Program-made: the position numbers and the translations under genes
From: Salpingoeca rosetta
Taxonomy: Eukaryota > Protista > Choanoflagellata
Reading direction: 5' to 3'
Assembly (NCBI GenBank): GCA_033442325.1
Contig: JAWQFM010000032.1
Span: forward strand, 6,379-70,378
Length of the DNA stretch: 64,000 nt
Part shown: piece after piece, positions 1-14,108 of the stretch
How positions within the stretch are numbered: the stretch's first letter is position 1
Layout: the number at the start of each line of letters is the position of its first letter
The notes under the pieces: model-generated
What the model was told of the DNA's origin: nothing
Databases searched by the model: none
Seen by the model: the letters and a program-made list of their open reading frames with translations, nothing else

Positions 1-3000
1 CAGCTGCACATGCATGTTGCATTGTATGTTTCCACTTCACTTCAACAACACGACAGCAAGCAAGCAAACACACGCACACACGTGGCAAGAATAAGCGAGA
101 AAACATCCCCATATCAACTGCAAGCAACACACACACACACACACGCAACAAGCGACAGCTCCATGCTACGCCACACCGCTTCACGGCCCCATCAACCGCC
201 AACATCACCTTCAGCCAACAACAACAACAGCAGCAGCAGTGTGCATGCTGTGGTAAGAGAGAAGAGAGAGAAAGGGAAAGGGAGGGGAGGAAGTCAGAGG
301 GATACAAGGAGTGAGACGTGCACGCTGTCAACAACAACAGAACACAACAACACAACACATACACAATGTAACACCACCCCCTCACGCTCCCCTTCTTCTC
401 CAACGAGGTGCGTGGTCTATGGCAGCCCCACGTCTTGCTTGCTTGTCCTGTGTCCATGCTTGCTCGTGTCCTTGCTTGGTTGCGCGTGCCATGCCATGTG
501 TTCCAGCAAACAGCCTGCACAAGTGTGCACAAGCGTCCATGAGTGTGCATGTGCATGTGCGTGTGAGGGGATGACAAAGAGGAAGAGGGAAGGGAGCAGA
601 AGAAGAAGAAAGGGGGAGATGGGGAGGTGCGTGAGCACAGACGATGGTGATGGGTGCACACTACGTGGTTATGGTGAACAGACACACACACAATCACACA
701 GCGAAGCAGCAACGCACAACAGACACAACAGACACAAACGGGGGGAAACAAGAGCAGCAGCAGCGCAACACACACACACACACGTACCAAGGGAAGGACA
801 TCAGCCAGCCAGCCAGCATCCAGCACCCCTTGCATTGACTGGACTGGTCCTTCCATGCACCAGNNNNNNNNNNNNNNNNNNNNNNNNNNNNNNNNNNNNN
901 NNNNNNNNNNNNNNNNNNNNNNNNNNNNNNNNNNNNNNNNNNNNNNNNNNNNNNNNNNNNNNNNNNNNNNNNNNNNNNNNNNNNNNNNNNNNNNNNNNNN
1001 NNNNNNNNNNNNNNNNNNNNNNNNNNNNNNNNNNNNNNNNNNNNNNNNNNNNNNNNNNNNNNNNNNNNNNNNNNNNNNNNNNNNNNNNNNNNNNNNNNNN
1101 NNNNNNNNNNNNNNNNNNNNNNNNNNNNNNNNNNNNNNNNNNNNNNNNNNNNNNNNNNNNNNNNNNNNNNNNNNNNNNNNNNNNNNNNNNNNNNNNNNNN
1201 NNNNNNNNNNNNNNNNNNNNNNNNNNNNNNNNNNNNNNNNNNNNNNNNNNNNNNNNNNNNNNNNNNNNNNNNNNNNNNNNNNNNNNNNNNNNNNNNNNNN
1301 NNNNNNNNNNNNNNNNNNNNNNNNNNNNNNNNNNNNNNNNNNNNCCACACCCCACACAGTCCACGGAACCGAACGAAACCACCCACAACAGGACCGCCAG
1401 TGAGTGCCCGTCACAACGCGCACCCTCTCCCTCCTCTCCACCAACCCTGCGCCAGCCACGCACACGAACAACGCAACCTACCACCTCCCGCTCAAACACA
1501 CACACACACGCGTTTCGCCTGCTGCTTGTTGCTTGTTTGTGTGTGTGTGTTGGTCTTGTTGGTTCGTGTTTGGGCGATTTGTGGAAGATGCCACAAATAA
1601 TCGCCCACTGCTGCGTTTGTGCTGCAACCGCTGTTTGCTTTTGCTTTTGCTTGTTGAAGGGCGGACTTGCTTGCTTGGCTTGGTTGGTTGCTTGGTTGGT
1701 TTCAATGAGACAAGAAGAAGAAGAAGCAGAAGAAGAAGGAGGGGGAACAGCACTGTGTGTGAATGCAACGCATGCTCACAGGCCTTGCAGGCTGAGGAGA
1801 GAAGGGGAGAAGAAAGGGGAGAAGAAAGGGGATGGAAAAGAAGAAGCAAACAAACACACACGCACACACACAGCTGTGGACAGCATGCATCCCCTCTCCT
1901 CCTCTTCTCTTCTCTCTTCTTCACTTCCTCCTACCCCTCCCCTCTCCTCCTCACAGTCACAATAGACAACCAACAGCCACAAAAGGCTGGAAGAGAAAAC
2001 AAACAAGGGCGAGGGGGCAACAGCCACCCAGCCAGATCGCCATGGAAGCAAAGAGGCGAGGCGACGGAGGAGGGAAAGGAGAACACCGTCCATCAACACA
2101 CGCACACACATCTGTTGGGAGCCCCACGTCTTGTGTCCGTGCTTTCCCTCCATCCTTTCCTTGGCCTGGGTTGAGTTGGGTTGGTTGAGGTGGCACAGCT
2201 CGCCATGGCGTGGCATGCCTGGATGCGTGGGCATGGGTGTTGGATGTGGATGGGTTCCTCTCTGTGTGTGGGTGAAAAGGGGGTGGTGGGAAACGGTGGA
2301 AGGGGCGGCAGTAGCAGAGAGGAAGGAGAAGAAGCAAGGGAAGGGCGGTGGATGTGAGCATGCCATGCGTGAATGGACGACAACAACACATGGCGTGGGA
2401 CGATGATGATGTGGTTGGTGTTGTGTGTGATGGCACAAGGACACAAAGGTCAACCACAATCACACACACACACCTCGTCGTCGATCAACGCATCTGCCTG
2501 ACATATGCGCACACGCGCACGCACATCTGCAGTCACACACACACACACACACACAGTCACACATGGCATTGCAGAGTGAGACGGTGCACCATGCACACGC
2601 ATACACAGCAATGCAAAACACAACCATCACAACCACCACAACGACAACATCTCTCTCTCATCTCCATCCCCCAAATGCACGGTCACATGACCAGGTGCAC
2701 AGCCATGGTGGTGGTGGTGGCCGTCATGAACGCCTTCCTCTCAACTTCCCCTCAACCCCCTTCCACCAAACACACACAGCATTGCGTGCCCTCACCTCGT
2801 GCATCGTGTTGCTGTCAGCGTGGTTGATGGCGATGCACACACATGCACACGCATACGCACACATGGCCGTGTGTGTTCCCACTTGAGATGAGCAAGGGGA
2901 GGGAGAGAAATGGGCGACACGACACGATGGCCAGTCAACACCAAATCCAATCCAGCATCACTGCCGTGTGTTGCCTGCTGCAGTCATCATCACAATCACA

Positions 3001-3712
3001 ATCACACACAGGTGCAAGCAAAAGGAATGAGCCACTGATATGTGTGTCATTGTCATGTGATATTACCACTACACGATATCACGTGCATGTGTACACGCAC
3101 CCCATCCCCCAACCAACATCAGCGCCCTCCATCACTTCCCCTCCCTCTCCCTCCTTTCGCTCTGCACTCCCACGCCGCCCAATCACCACCATCACCGTGT
3201 CACTTCCCTGCTTCTCCTGCTTCCCATCACTCCACACAACACAGCCTACCACCAACCAACCAACCGCCAACGATCATCCTCACCTGTGCTTGATGCAGCC
3301 AGCCAGCCAGCCAGCCAATGTGCCACAGCAAAGCCCAAACAAGGGAACCGCAATCACATGCCACGGCCACCATCGTCATTGCTGATGGAGCAGAAAGAGG
3401 AGATGAAGGGGGAAGAGTGGTGGGCGCGGGCCGTGTCCTTCCTTGTCTTCATCGGTGCAGCCCCAAACACCGTGCACAGCGCACAGGCACACGCACGGCC
3501 ATCATCACAGCAGCAGCCACCAGCAGCACAAGCTTGCATGCCTGCCTGCCCTGCGTGCCTGTGAGGCAAGGAGAAACCAACCAGAGACGAACAACAGCAA
3601 CCGGTGGTGGTGAGGACAGGAAAGGAGGGACACAAGGGGCCACGCATGGACATATGCAGCATGATGTGGGCGGGTGAACCAGATGCACACAAGACCAACG
3701 ACACAAGCACTC

Positions 3713-3745
<33 letters not shown>

Positions 3746-6700
3746 GCACACCACATCCACCACATCCAACACTCCTGCAATACCTGTGTTGGCGGCTGTC
3801 TCGATCACGCCTCAACAGCTGCACATCACAAGGGAAAGGCTGATGATGATGATGATGACACAGAGCAAAGACGATTAGTTGGGAAAAGGAAGAAGGGAAA
3901 TCGGCTGGGGAAACCCGCACAACGTCCGCCTGCAGCCACACACACACACACACGCACATTTGAGTTGTGTGATGGATTCATGTGAGACACACGTCAGTGC
4001 AACCACCCCACAGCCAATGACTGCTCTGATGTGTTGGCATGCATGTGTATATGCGTGTGTGTACGTGCGTGCGAATGAGTACTACCACCCCATCACCGCA
4101 CACACACACAGCGCCAACGTCTCACCTTGCGCCTTCTTTTCTGGCACATTCGTGTGTGCGTGTATCGCCCTGCTCGTGTCATGAGGACTTGGGAAGAGAA
4201 CGGCCACCGTGCTGTGCAAATCACACACATGTACACATGCGCAAGCACAAAGAACCAAATCAGCAACAACAACACCACGCAGTGAGCCAGCATGACAGAA
4301 ACAAACCACATCCACCTCCTTTGTCACATTCACATCACCCACATCACCACCGGTGCACGCACATTTCACATCCCCACACAGACACCCCCACCACCACTAC
4401 CACAAGCATCACATCTGCACATGCGTGTGCGTGCGCCGTGTACATCCACCACAAACCACTCACCACCACTAGCAGCGTCGTCATGCGAGGCAACGGCACA
4501 TCGACGCACATCACATCCTGTGTGCGTGTGAAGAAAGAGTTGTCTCAGAATCAGGCTGTCAACGACAGCCACACCCATTGCCAGCACCAACAGACCCAAC
4601 GACATCCAACCAGCACTTCACAATCACACACATGTACATGCTGATGTTCACACCCAACACATCACACACCACCCAGATCACCACCACCACCACCGCCATT
4701 CATCTCACCTCCACATCCACGGCAGCAGCCGCTGCTGTTGGTGACCAATGACGACGACAACGAGGCGGGGATGGACGATAGACAGATGGCCAGTTCATCC
4801 ACAATGCAGCCAGACATCAGCTGTTGCTATTGTTGTTGCTGATGGTGGAAACGGTGAAAACAAACGGCCCCTTGCCACGCCGTGTCCTTTGCTCGCTCAC
4901 TCGGCTGCTTGGTTGGTCGGTTGGATGGAGACGAGATACATGGCCCTGTATCAAAATCAAGCGCAAAAAAGGGGAGAAGAAGAAGAAGAGACACATGAGT
5001 GGACAGAACAGACAAGGAAAGAGGGAAGCGAAGAAAGGAACACAGCGTGTCAACCAACACACACACACACACGCACACACACACATCTCAGTCGGCCTCT
5101 CACCTTCATCACTCGTCATTGTCATCCTCGTTGGTTCCACCGCTTCATGTGCCTCCTCAACGCTGTGAAGCGTGTGTGTGCACAGACACAAGATGGGAGA
5201 GAATGCAGGGGGGGTGAGGTTGACAGCGAAGCACCATTAACCACACGCCATCCCCATCCAACCACGCGCACTGACACACATCCGCACGCACACATCTTGT
5301 CCCCACTCACTACCACAACACACACACACACACATATGCTCACCTCATCATGAGAGCGAGTGACATGTGCAATGTCTGCCTCACGCCAGATTGGAGCTGG
5401 TGTCGGCCGGAGTGTGATGGCGGCTGTGCAGTCGATGGCGATGGTGACGGTGATGGCGGTGACAGCGGAGTTGCGGTGGAAGAGAGAAAAAGGAGAAAGA
5501 AATGGGGAAGGTTGATGTTGATGGGTCGTTCATGGCGGCTTCTTTCCCCTCCTCTGATGTGGCCCTGGTGCCCATGCAACCAACACATACAACGACAAGA
5601 CACAACGACATCATCACACACAGCACACAGGCATGGCATGTGAGCACAGCAAGCGTGTTCACCTTCCTGCTGCCCCCTCTCTTTTGCTTTCCTCCTGTTC
5701 GCCCCACCATCACCGCACACACACACACACACACCTGCACATGACTGCGTCGCTGTGGTTGAATGTGCCCACCATGACCATGTACGTGTGTGTCCACAGC
5801 TGCTCCTCACAATCTATCATGTGTACCCGCCCATCATCCTCCAACGATCCTCAGACAGTCACCCCCTGCAGCCACAAGCATACACGCATGGCATGTGAGC
5901 TGCACAGCTACATTGGTGCACGAGACACAGCAGCAGCAACAAGAAGCATACCCACAGCAGCAACAACACCAACACATGCACCATGTGCCAACCAAAGCAT
6001 CCATGATGGGCTCACCTTGCTCACGCATATGGGAACACTGCATGAGCACAGCAGCGACAGCCGAATCAGGGGAGTTGCAGCAGCACCAGCAGCCGGCATT
6101 CGAGCCCGCTTCCATCAACATCGTGATGTGTGCTGGTACCTCACCACCTGTGCATGCGTGTGTGCGTGTGTGCATGTGTGGTTGCAGGGAACGTGGATGG
6201 GAACAGAACACGCAGAGCAAGCCATTATGTCAGCACAGCAGAAAGAGTGATTGACATCACACGCACCACGTGCGCGTATGTGTGTGTGTGTGATCATCAT
6301 CCCCCATCAACCCTCTTCCTTGTTCATTTCATCGCACCCCATCACCATCACAGCCCCATCACACAACCAACAACCACTCATCATCACCCACATACCATGT
6401 GTGAGGCGAGTGCAGCTGGCACGCGTGGCAAGTATCCTCGACCGTTCCCTCATCCTGCTTGTGCGTGCACATCGCCTGTAAGTGTGGTTGTGTGCGAGCA
6501 TCAGCATGGTGAGTGAGTGGGAAGGGAGCAAGGGAGCAAGGATATGTGCGCAGTCACACTGCTGCTGCCACTGCTGCTGTTGTGCATGCAGGTGTGTGAA
6601 GGAGAAGAAAGGGAAGAGGGAGAAAACAGAAAACAAAAGGGAAGGAACAAGACATGCTGCACCCCATCCATCCATCCATCCCTCTTCCTCACACCACCAC

Positions 6701-7431
6701 CATCATCCCCTGTCACCAGCCACACCGCACCACACCACACTCACCCAGCATCCCCCACCCCACCCCACCCCATCCATCCATCCATCCAGCCAACACACAT
6801 CTCCTCTCTGTTTTCCCTCTTCTTCTCGCCCTCACCTCTGCTGCTGCTGCTGCTTCCCGCCGAAAGTGCAACTTGTGCTATCGCCACCTGTTCCCAGCTG
6901 CAAACAGCCAGCTCCCGCCTGCAGCAGCGGGCGATGGGTTGGTTGATTGGTGGTTGGTTGGTTGGTTGGCTGGGGAATGTGTTCAGCTGCAAGTGGTGTG
7001 GTGGTGCATTCTCTGCTGCTGCTGCATCGGCGGTGGAGGGTGTGTTGGCTGCTGCTGCTGTTGTTGTTGTGATGGCCGTCAGGGAGGGCGAGAAAGAAAG
7101 GGGAATATAAGCAGCTGCTGCAAGGTGGAGAATGCGCATGTGTGCAAGCAGTTGTGTGTGAGAACGACGAATGAGACAGCGCATCAAGCAAGGCAAAACA
7201 GGCAGCCGCACCACACACATGCATGTACATTGATGTGGGACAACAAGGGGAGACAGGGGCAGCAGAGACAACGACCACAAACCCGCACACTGGTGCTGTG
7301 CGCAGCATACACACGCACACATGCAGTGATGCACTCACGTTGTTCATCGCTTGCTTGTTTGTGGTGCGGTGTGTGTTGGTGCTGCTGCTTCCACAGCCGC
7401 ACAAGCGTGGCTGGATGGTCATCGGATGGCA

Positions 7432-7500
7432 GCGCCCGTCTGTTCATCCCACAACAGCAGTGGTGACGCCCATCTGTTCATCCCACCACAGCAGTGGTGG
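7432..7500. repeat. 34-bp tandem duplication
   Basis: cgccc(g/a)tctgttcatcccac(a/c)acagcagtggtg x2. Confidence 0.85.
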
Positions 7501-7744
7501 TTGGTGGAGGGAAGGGATGACAGCTGCTGGCTCAAGGGCCCTATGTGTGGTGACAGCAGCAGTAGGAGGAAAGAGCAACAAGCAAGCATGGATGGGTGGT
7601 GCTGCTGGTGTTGAGAGTAGGAATGGAAGGATGTGAGCAAACACACAAGAAAATGAGGAGGTGGTGATGATGGCGTGTGGGTGGGTGGAGAAGAGACCAC
7701 GCACGTCGACACAGACACACAGACAGACACATACACACACACAC

Positions 7745-8112
7745 CTGCCAGGCGTTGTCGCCGCTGAACAGGTTGATCCTGGCAGACTCCAGCGCTGACA
7801 GCAGCAAATAGCACAGTCATGACANNNNNNNNNNNNNNNNNNNNNNNNNNNNNNNNNNNNNNNNNNNNNNNNNNNNNNNNNNNNNNNNNNNNNNNNNNNN
7901 NNNNNNNNNNNNNNNNNNNNNNNNGCTCACACCACACCATACTCCCCACACCCACTCCACAACCCCTGTACCAACAACATACTCCCTCACCTGTGTGCAC
8001 TTGGGTCGAGAGGGACTTGAAGAACTCCTCAAACACAAACACAACGCGTCTCTGCATCATCTCTACCACCTCATCAGGGATCGACCGCAGGATCCTCGGA
8101 AGCTGAACGCAG

Positions 8113-8164
<52 letters not shown>

Positions 8165-8440
8165 GTGTGAGTGTGAGTGTGTGTGAGCGACGTGATATGC
8201 ATGCAAGCCATCACAAACACCATCCCCATCAAAACACACCACCCCTCATGCATCGCTTCACATTCCCATATCACCGATCTGTCACCACACCTCGAGGAGC
8301 CTGTGCTCGGGGAATGCGGATGCTGAACGTCTCCCAGTCCAGCAGGTCCTGGTAGGGCTGCAAGTGTGCAAAAAGCAAACGCCAGAACATCACGGCACAG
8401 CACCATGAGCGACGGGAAGGGTACATCTCCACATACACAC

Positions 8441-8499
<59 letters not shown>

Positions 8500-8644
8500 G
8501 TATAATCCATCCATACGCACCAGCACGTAGTGATCGACGACAATGACGGGGATGGCACCAGCAGCCACGATCAACGAGGCATGAAAGGGGGTGACAGGAG
8601 ATGGAAGGTGGGTGAGAGCACGAACAGGACCGAAAATCGTCTGC

Positions 8645-8709
<65 letters not shown>

Positions 8710-9556
8710 GAAGGAGTGGTAGCCAAATCCTTCCACGATGAGTCCAAACTTGGTCTCCAGCGCCAGCTCTGTGTACGTGTACTTGTTGAACTCTTCCTCT
8801 GCCTGGTTACACGACGGGTCGTATCCAACCTTCCCCCTCACGGCCCATGCGCTCCTCGCCAAACCACCGGCACGCGCACACCAACACAATGTCCCTGCGC
8901 ATACACAAGCAAACACAAGCGATGTGTGTGTATGTGTGTGCGTATGTGTGTGTGTGAGGTGGATCCAGACAGAGACACACACAGCACCAAAACGAGTTGA
9001 CGCCGAGGCAACACACGACACACACACGGAACACAAGAACACACAACACTCGCACGCGTAGCACAACACACCTGCGGTTGTGAAGCTTGGGGAGGTGGTT
9101 GCGCATGACATCAGAGCGAGCAGACTTGGTGGTGCCCCTGCACAACAGCGAAAGAAGACACATGTCAAGCAGCGGCAGCACAACAGGTTTGGAGTGAGAT
9201 TGCAGCGGCACAAGAAGCGCGGGTGGTGATGCAGTGAGCGACACCAACCTCTCAAAACCCAGCAGCAGCAGCAGTGAGCATCGAACCTCACATCGCACCA
9301 CGTCACAACACGCATGCATGCACAGACCTGAAGGTGACGAGGATATTCCTGTTTGTGCGGGCGGAACGCGTCCTTACTCCGGTGTGAATGAATGTCACCA
9401 TGGAGAAGAGTGGCATGGACACATCGAGGCCGTCACGGTGGTGGAATTCACTCAGGCCAACGTGATGCAGGTGGTGATGCGAAACAAGGCGGCATTGGTG
9501 AAGTGTAAGCAACAGCAATCATCAATGGTGAGCGCAGGCACGCACAGTCATGTTCC

Positions 9557-9593
<37 letters not shown>

Positions 9594-10574
9594 TGTACCT
9601 CTGCAAGAATGGGGTGTTCTGCATGCCAGGGAGACATGGTGCGTCGCTGTACTCAAACAGGATGTGGTTGCGACCCTCGTTCCAATACGCAAGTCTGCCA
9701 TGCATCACATGTGAGCGTGTGTGCGTGTGTGTGTGTGTGTTTGGAAGGCATCCACGAGCGCAGGTCCTCTCACACGCACGACATCAAGATCACAAGCACC
9801 ACCAGCACCACAGGCAACAACAAGCAACAACCTCACCTGGAGAGATCGCGGTAGATGGCTGCGCTCACGGGATGCATCGACTCAATGTTGCCAGAGTACG
9901 TGCCATGCATGCAATCTTTCATTCACAAGCGCGCAAACACAATTATGAGGTGGTGGTGATGGTGACGGCTGTGGAAGCCCGTGCATCTGCACCGACGCGA
10001 CACACACGCACACACACACACACACACACACAAAACAACACACCTTCACACCAGCACGATACGTCTGTGCTTGGAACGAAGAGGCAAGCCTTGGACAGGT
10101 CATCGGTGCTGTACGGGCCGTCACGGATGGCGGTTCGGATGGCACGGTAGATGGCTGGCAGGGACGGCCTCTTCATCAGCACTCAGAGGATACACGTACA
10201 CCTGCCATCGATGCACGCACGCATGAACACGCAATCATAACACACACGCAGACAGACAGTGTGAGGTCATCATGCTTCCATTGCACTCCATGCCACGTCG
10301 TTGCTGTTGCTGTTGCTGTGTTGGTGGGTCTTCACCTTGAACGATGAGCACGTGCGAAGAGGATCGACGGATATGCCGTGCGCGGTGATCCCTGACATCA
10401 GGGCCGCCATTGGCAGTGCGATAGTGCAGCGGTATCTCGGGGCAGTGCGTCCTGTTAACAGTGGTGGTTGTGGTGGAGACGATGGGTGCGTTTGTTGTGT
10501 GGTGAGGCGCGCGGATGCAAGGGGATGGGAGGAGTGTTGGGAGATATATGCAACGAACCGCTGCACGCACACAC

Positions 10575-10662
<88 letters not shown>

Positions 10663-10735
10663 GTACTGTGTCAAAGAGTTCATTCTCTTCGGCAGACATG
10701 ATGCTGTAGAGACGAAGGCGTGAAGAGAGCCGCAC
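7745..10735 (-). pseudogene. Exostosin-like (GT47) glycosyltransferase gene, multi-exon, with several apparent frameshifts (pseudogene or low-quality consensus)
   Basis: Minus-strand exon fragments carry EXT/GT47 motifs in the correct order: CSSFK|VYVYP, IYRAIRTAIRDGPYSTDDLSKACLFVPSTD, RLAYWNEGRNHILFEYSD, HRDGLDVSMPLFS, DIVLVCAC, ETKFGLIVEGFGYHSFR, AGAIPVIVVDHYVL, PYQDLLDWETFSIRIP. The frame changes inside exons at ~10160 and ~8835. Both gene ends are uncertain. Confidence 0.75.
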
Positions 10736-11299
10736 AGAAGGATTGCAAGACGATAGCGAGTGATGAGTGGTTCAGTGTGTGCAGGTACACACCAGCAGCA
10801 GCAGCAGCAGCAGCGGCGGTGGCGTCGGCCGCAATGCACCCGCAACAACAACACAATTCGGTGGTCGCACCTCATGTCACCATCATCCTTGTGCCGGAGC
10901 AGCGTCTCCCCTTCCTCTCTTCAGCTGAAGGCCTACTCTGTGGCCCAAACACACACGAGGAACAGAGATTAGGACGACCCATCGTAGCACAAGATCAAAC
11001 GATCGCAAGCAAGGAACAGACAGCAGAGACGCATGGCAGATTAAACACGTCGACGTCACATATGCACACACGCTTACACATACAGCGTGCGTATACTTTT
11101 GAAAGCATTTGCTCTGTCCCGCCATGAGCAGCATCTTGCCAATGTCACCAACATTCTGCTCCATCGACGCAACCAAGGGCATCCAGTGGATGGCAACCTC
11201 TCCACAGTCGTGTCATCGACTGATTTCAGCTTTTCCCGTCTTCTTCTGCACCGACACGCACAACAGCCGTTGTCGTGGCTGGTTGCGCGCAATGCGCGC

Positions 11300-11414
<115 letters not shown>

Positions 11415-13028
11415 CATTCGCTGTGACGAAAGGAAAGGATGGATGGGGAGGTGATGGTGTGTGGTGGTTGGCGGTGGTGGTTTGGTCACACTCATCCACA
11501 ACAGCCACAACAACAACAGCAGCAGCGAGTAGCGGCGGGGGGATATTGATGACAGATGACAATGACACAAGCAATCCATCAATCAATCAATCAAGCAGAC
11601 GAGCAAGCAGGCAAGCAAGAAGCAAGCAAGCCAAACAAAGGGACGTGTATTCATTCACTCCACTTGGACGAGCGACACGCCCACCACGTGGTGCGTGCGT
11701 GTGTGTTGTACTCACTGCTCTGTTTCCTTCACACGGTTCCTCTCTTCCTCGCAGTTCACTCTCCCTTTCTTTCCCTTGCACAGCCCTTGCTTGACCTGCT
11801 CTCTGCACACCCTCTCTTCTCCACCCCCCCCCCACTCACACGTCTCAAGTCACATGCCTCCCACCTCCCCCTTTGCCTTTGGCTGCAACGCTGTGTGTCT
11901 TCATCTCCACCACCACCACCACCTGTTCTGCAGGCTGACGATGAGGATGATGATGGTGGCTTGAATGACAGCACCGTGTACTTGAGCGGGTGCCATCACC
12001 GTGTGCCACGACAACAAGAGGCACTACCTTCTCTCTCCCTCTGTCTTGGTATGTGCATGGCTGATGGCTGATGGGGTGGGCGGGTGTTGCCTGGGATTTC
12101 CATGCCACCGCACTGCACCTCAATGCGCTGTGTGACGCGACATGCACACCACAGTTTACACGCCTTCTTCCCCCACTTATCCCCTCTGCAAGTCCTTGTT
12201 CTTGTCAACCACCTCCCCTCACCAATCACATCCCACACCCCACACACACACACACTCTCTCTCTCCTTTACCCCTGTCACGATGTGTGCTTGCTTCAGAG
12301 CAGGCCGCTGACATTGTCATCACCGCTGTCAGACGGCGGTCGGTGCCATGCACGGGCATGGAGATAGTGAGCCAGCTCGTGGTCTCCAGCGTGGTGGCTG
12401 GAATGTGCACTGAGGTGAAGGATCCCACCACCAGACTTCTGCTTCCATACCACCATGACTGACACCACTGGCACTGCTGGTTGACACGCACCAGCAGACA
12501 TCGCTCCCAGCGCCACACAAGAGGTGTGTGTGTGTGTGTGTGTGTGTCTGTGTGTGTGTGTCTATGTGTGTGTGTGTCTGTGTGTGTGTGAATTCATTTG
12601 CACTCGTTGCCCCTCCCGCATGTCGAAACAACCACGCACACCGGCAACCCCTCGTCAACACAACACCTTTCAACATCCCCACTGGGCTGATGCAGGGCTG
12701 CACTGGCACGTCGTGCACGACAGCTTCTCATCGTCAGTTCTCCCTTCTCTCCTTTTTTGTCTTCACACAAGTCACATCACCCCCGCCCAGTGGGGCGCCT
12801 GCATCTTACGCCCCACCCTCCCGTTGCACGCGTGCACACACCGATTCCGACCCAGTGCAGGATCTGCTGCTGCTGCCAACCACCCACACACATCGTCGCC
12901 GTAACGCCGCATCAACCAACCGCAGCCACTGACAGCCACCAGCATTGCACCTTTGCTGTGATTGAGTGCTGCCAGCACGTGGCCCCACCTCAACCTGCCA
13001 CATCATCATCACCATCCCCGACACTGCC

Positions 13029-13059
<31 letters not shown>

Positions 13060-13498
13060 TGCATGCGTATTCACGCCATCGTCAACCACACCACGCCAAC
13101 ACAGCAACAGCTGCACTACTTGCTGTCCTGCGCGGCGTTGTGTCAGTGCACTCAAGGCCCTTTTGCCAGCCAGCTGCCCGCTGCTGCTAGCTGTGCTTCT
13201 CCCTGCCCATCTCAATCACCTCAGCTTCAACCACAACTGCTGCTGTGTTCCGCCACCTCATCTTCTGCCAGCGAGGTATCACACCGCGGCCACAGCCGTC
13301 ACTGCACGCTGCCGGTTTCAAGCAGCTCACTGCGTTGGATGCTGTTGGCTCGTGGACCACCACACCGTTGTTTGAAGAGGGATTGCCCGTGATTGTGGCG
13401 GTTGTTGTGGTGGTGGTGCACGCCATGACAACAACAGCGGCAGTTGATGAGGTGATGGTGTGTTTGCAGTCCTCACTGGTTGCAGCGGCAGCAAGGAG

Positions 13499-13779
13499 GT
13501 GGCCATCGTGTTTCTGGTTCGCACGCATGTGCTGGCCAACGTGGCGCAGGAGCGGTTCAAAGACTACGACAACGATTCTGTGCCGTTTATGAAGAACATT
13601 CTCCAGCACGCGAACGACAGGCAATACCGCATGCTGCGCGGCCTGATGGGCGTGTTTGTTTGCAAGGACATGTTTGCGCCGGATGCACACGACCTCATGC
13701 GCATTATGTAAGCCAGCGCCGCCCAGATTGAGGAGGATGATCCACAACCCACATACATCCACACAAGGTGCGCTCAAGG

Positions 13780-13876
<97 letters not shown>

Positions 13877-14108
13877 CGTGAACATGTGTGAACATGTCGC
13901 TTCGTCGTTTCCCTCCTTTCTCCACTTTCGCCTTGCCAAGCCTCACCGCCACCCCTTGTCGTCCTGCCGCGTTCAGGCTGTTGAGTCGCTGCTCGCTGTG
14001 ATCCAGGGTGCCCGGCTCCCGCGAATCGCCCAACACCAAGCGGCGACCGAGAACTGTATTTCTGTCTTTGTCGAGATTGCGCGCAAGCGAGCACACGTCC
14101 TCTCATAG
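13499..14108 (+). pseudogene. Importin-5 (karyopherin-beta3)-like relic, internally deleted
   Basis: LANVAQERFKDYDNDSVPFMKNILQHANDRQYRMLRG-LMGVFVCKDMFAPDAHDLMRIM matches the importin-5 mid-region as I recall it, but lacks the KTIECIS segment. The next exon (13977-14108, AVESLLAVIQ...ATENCISVFVEI) matches a far more C-terminal part, is out of phase with the phase-2 donor at 13707/8, and ends at TAG. Possible further pieces lie at ~11933-12048, 14783-14844 and 15006-15110. Confidence 0.6.

Noticed and set aside
10-2460. Long ORFs (651 aa etc.) at the window start
   Set aside because: They span an N gap and CA-rich low-complexity sequence, with no protein motifs.
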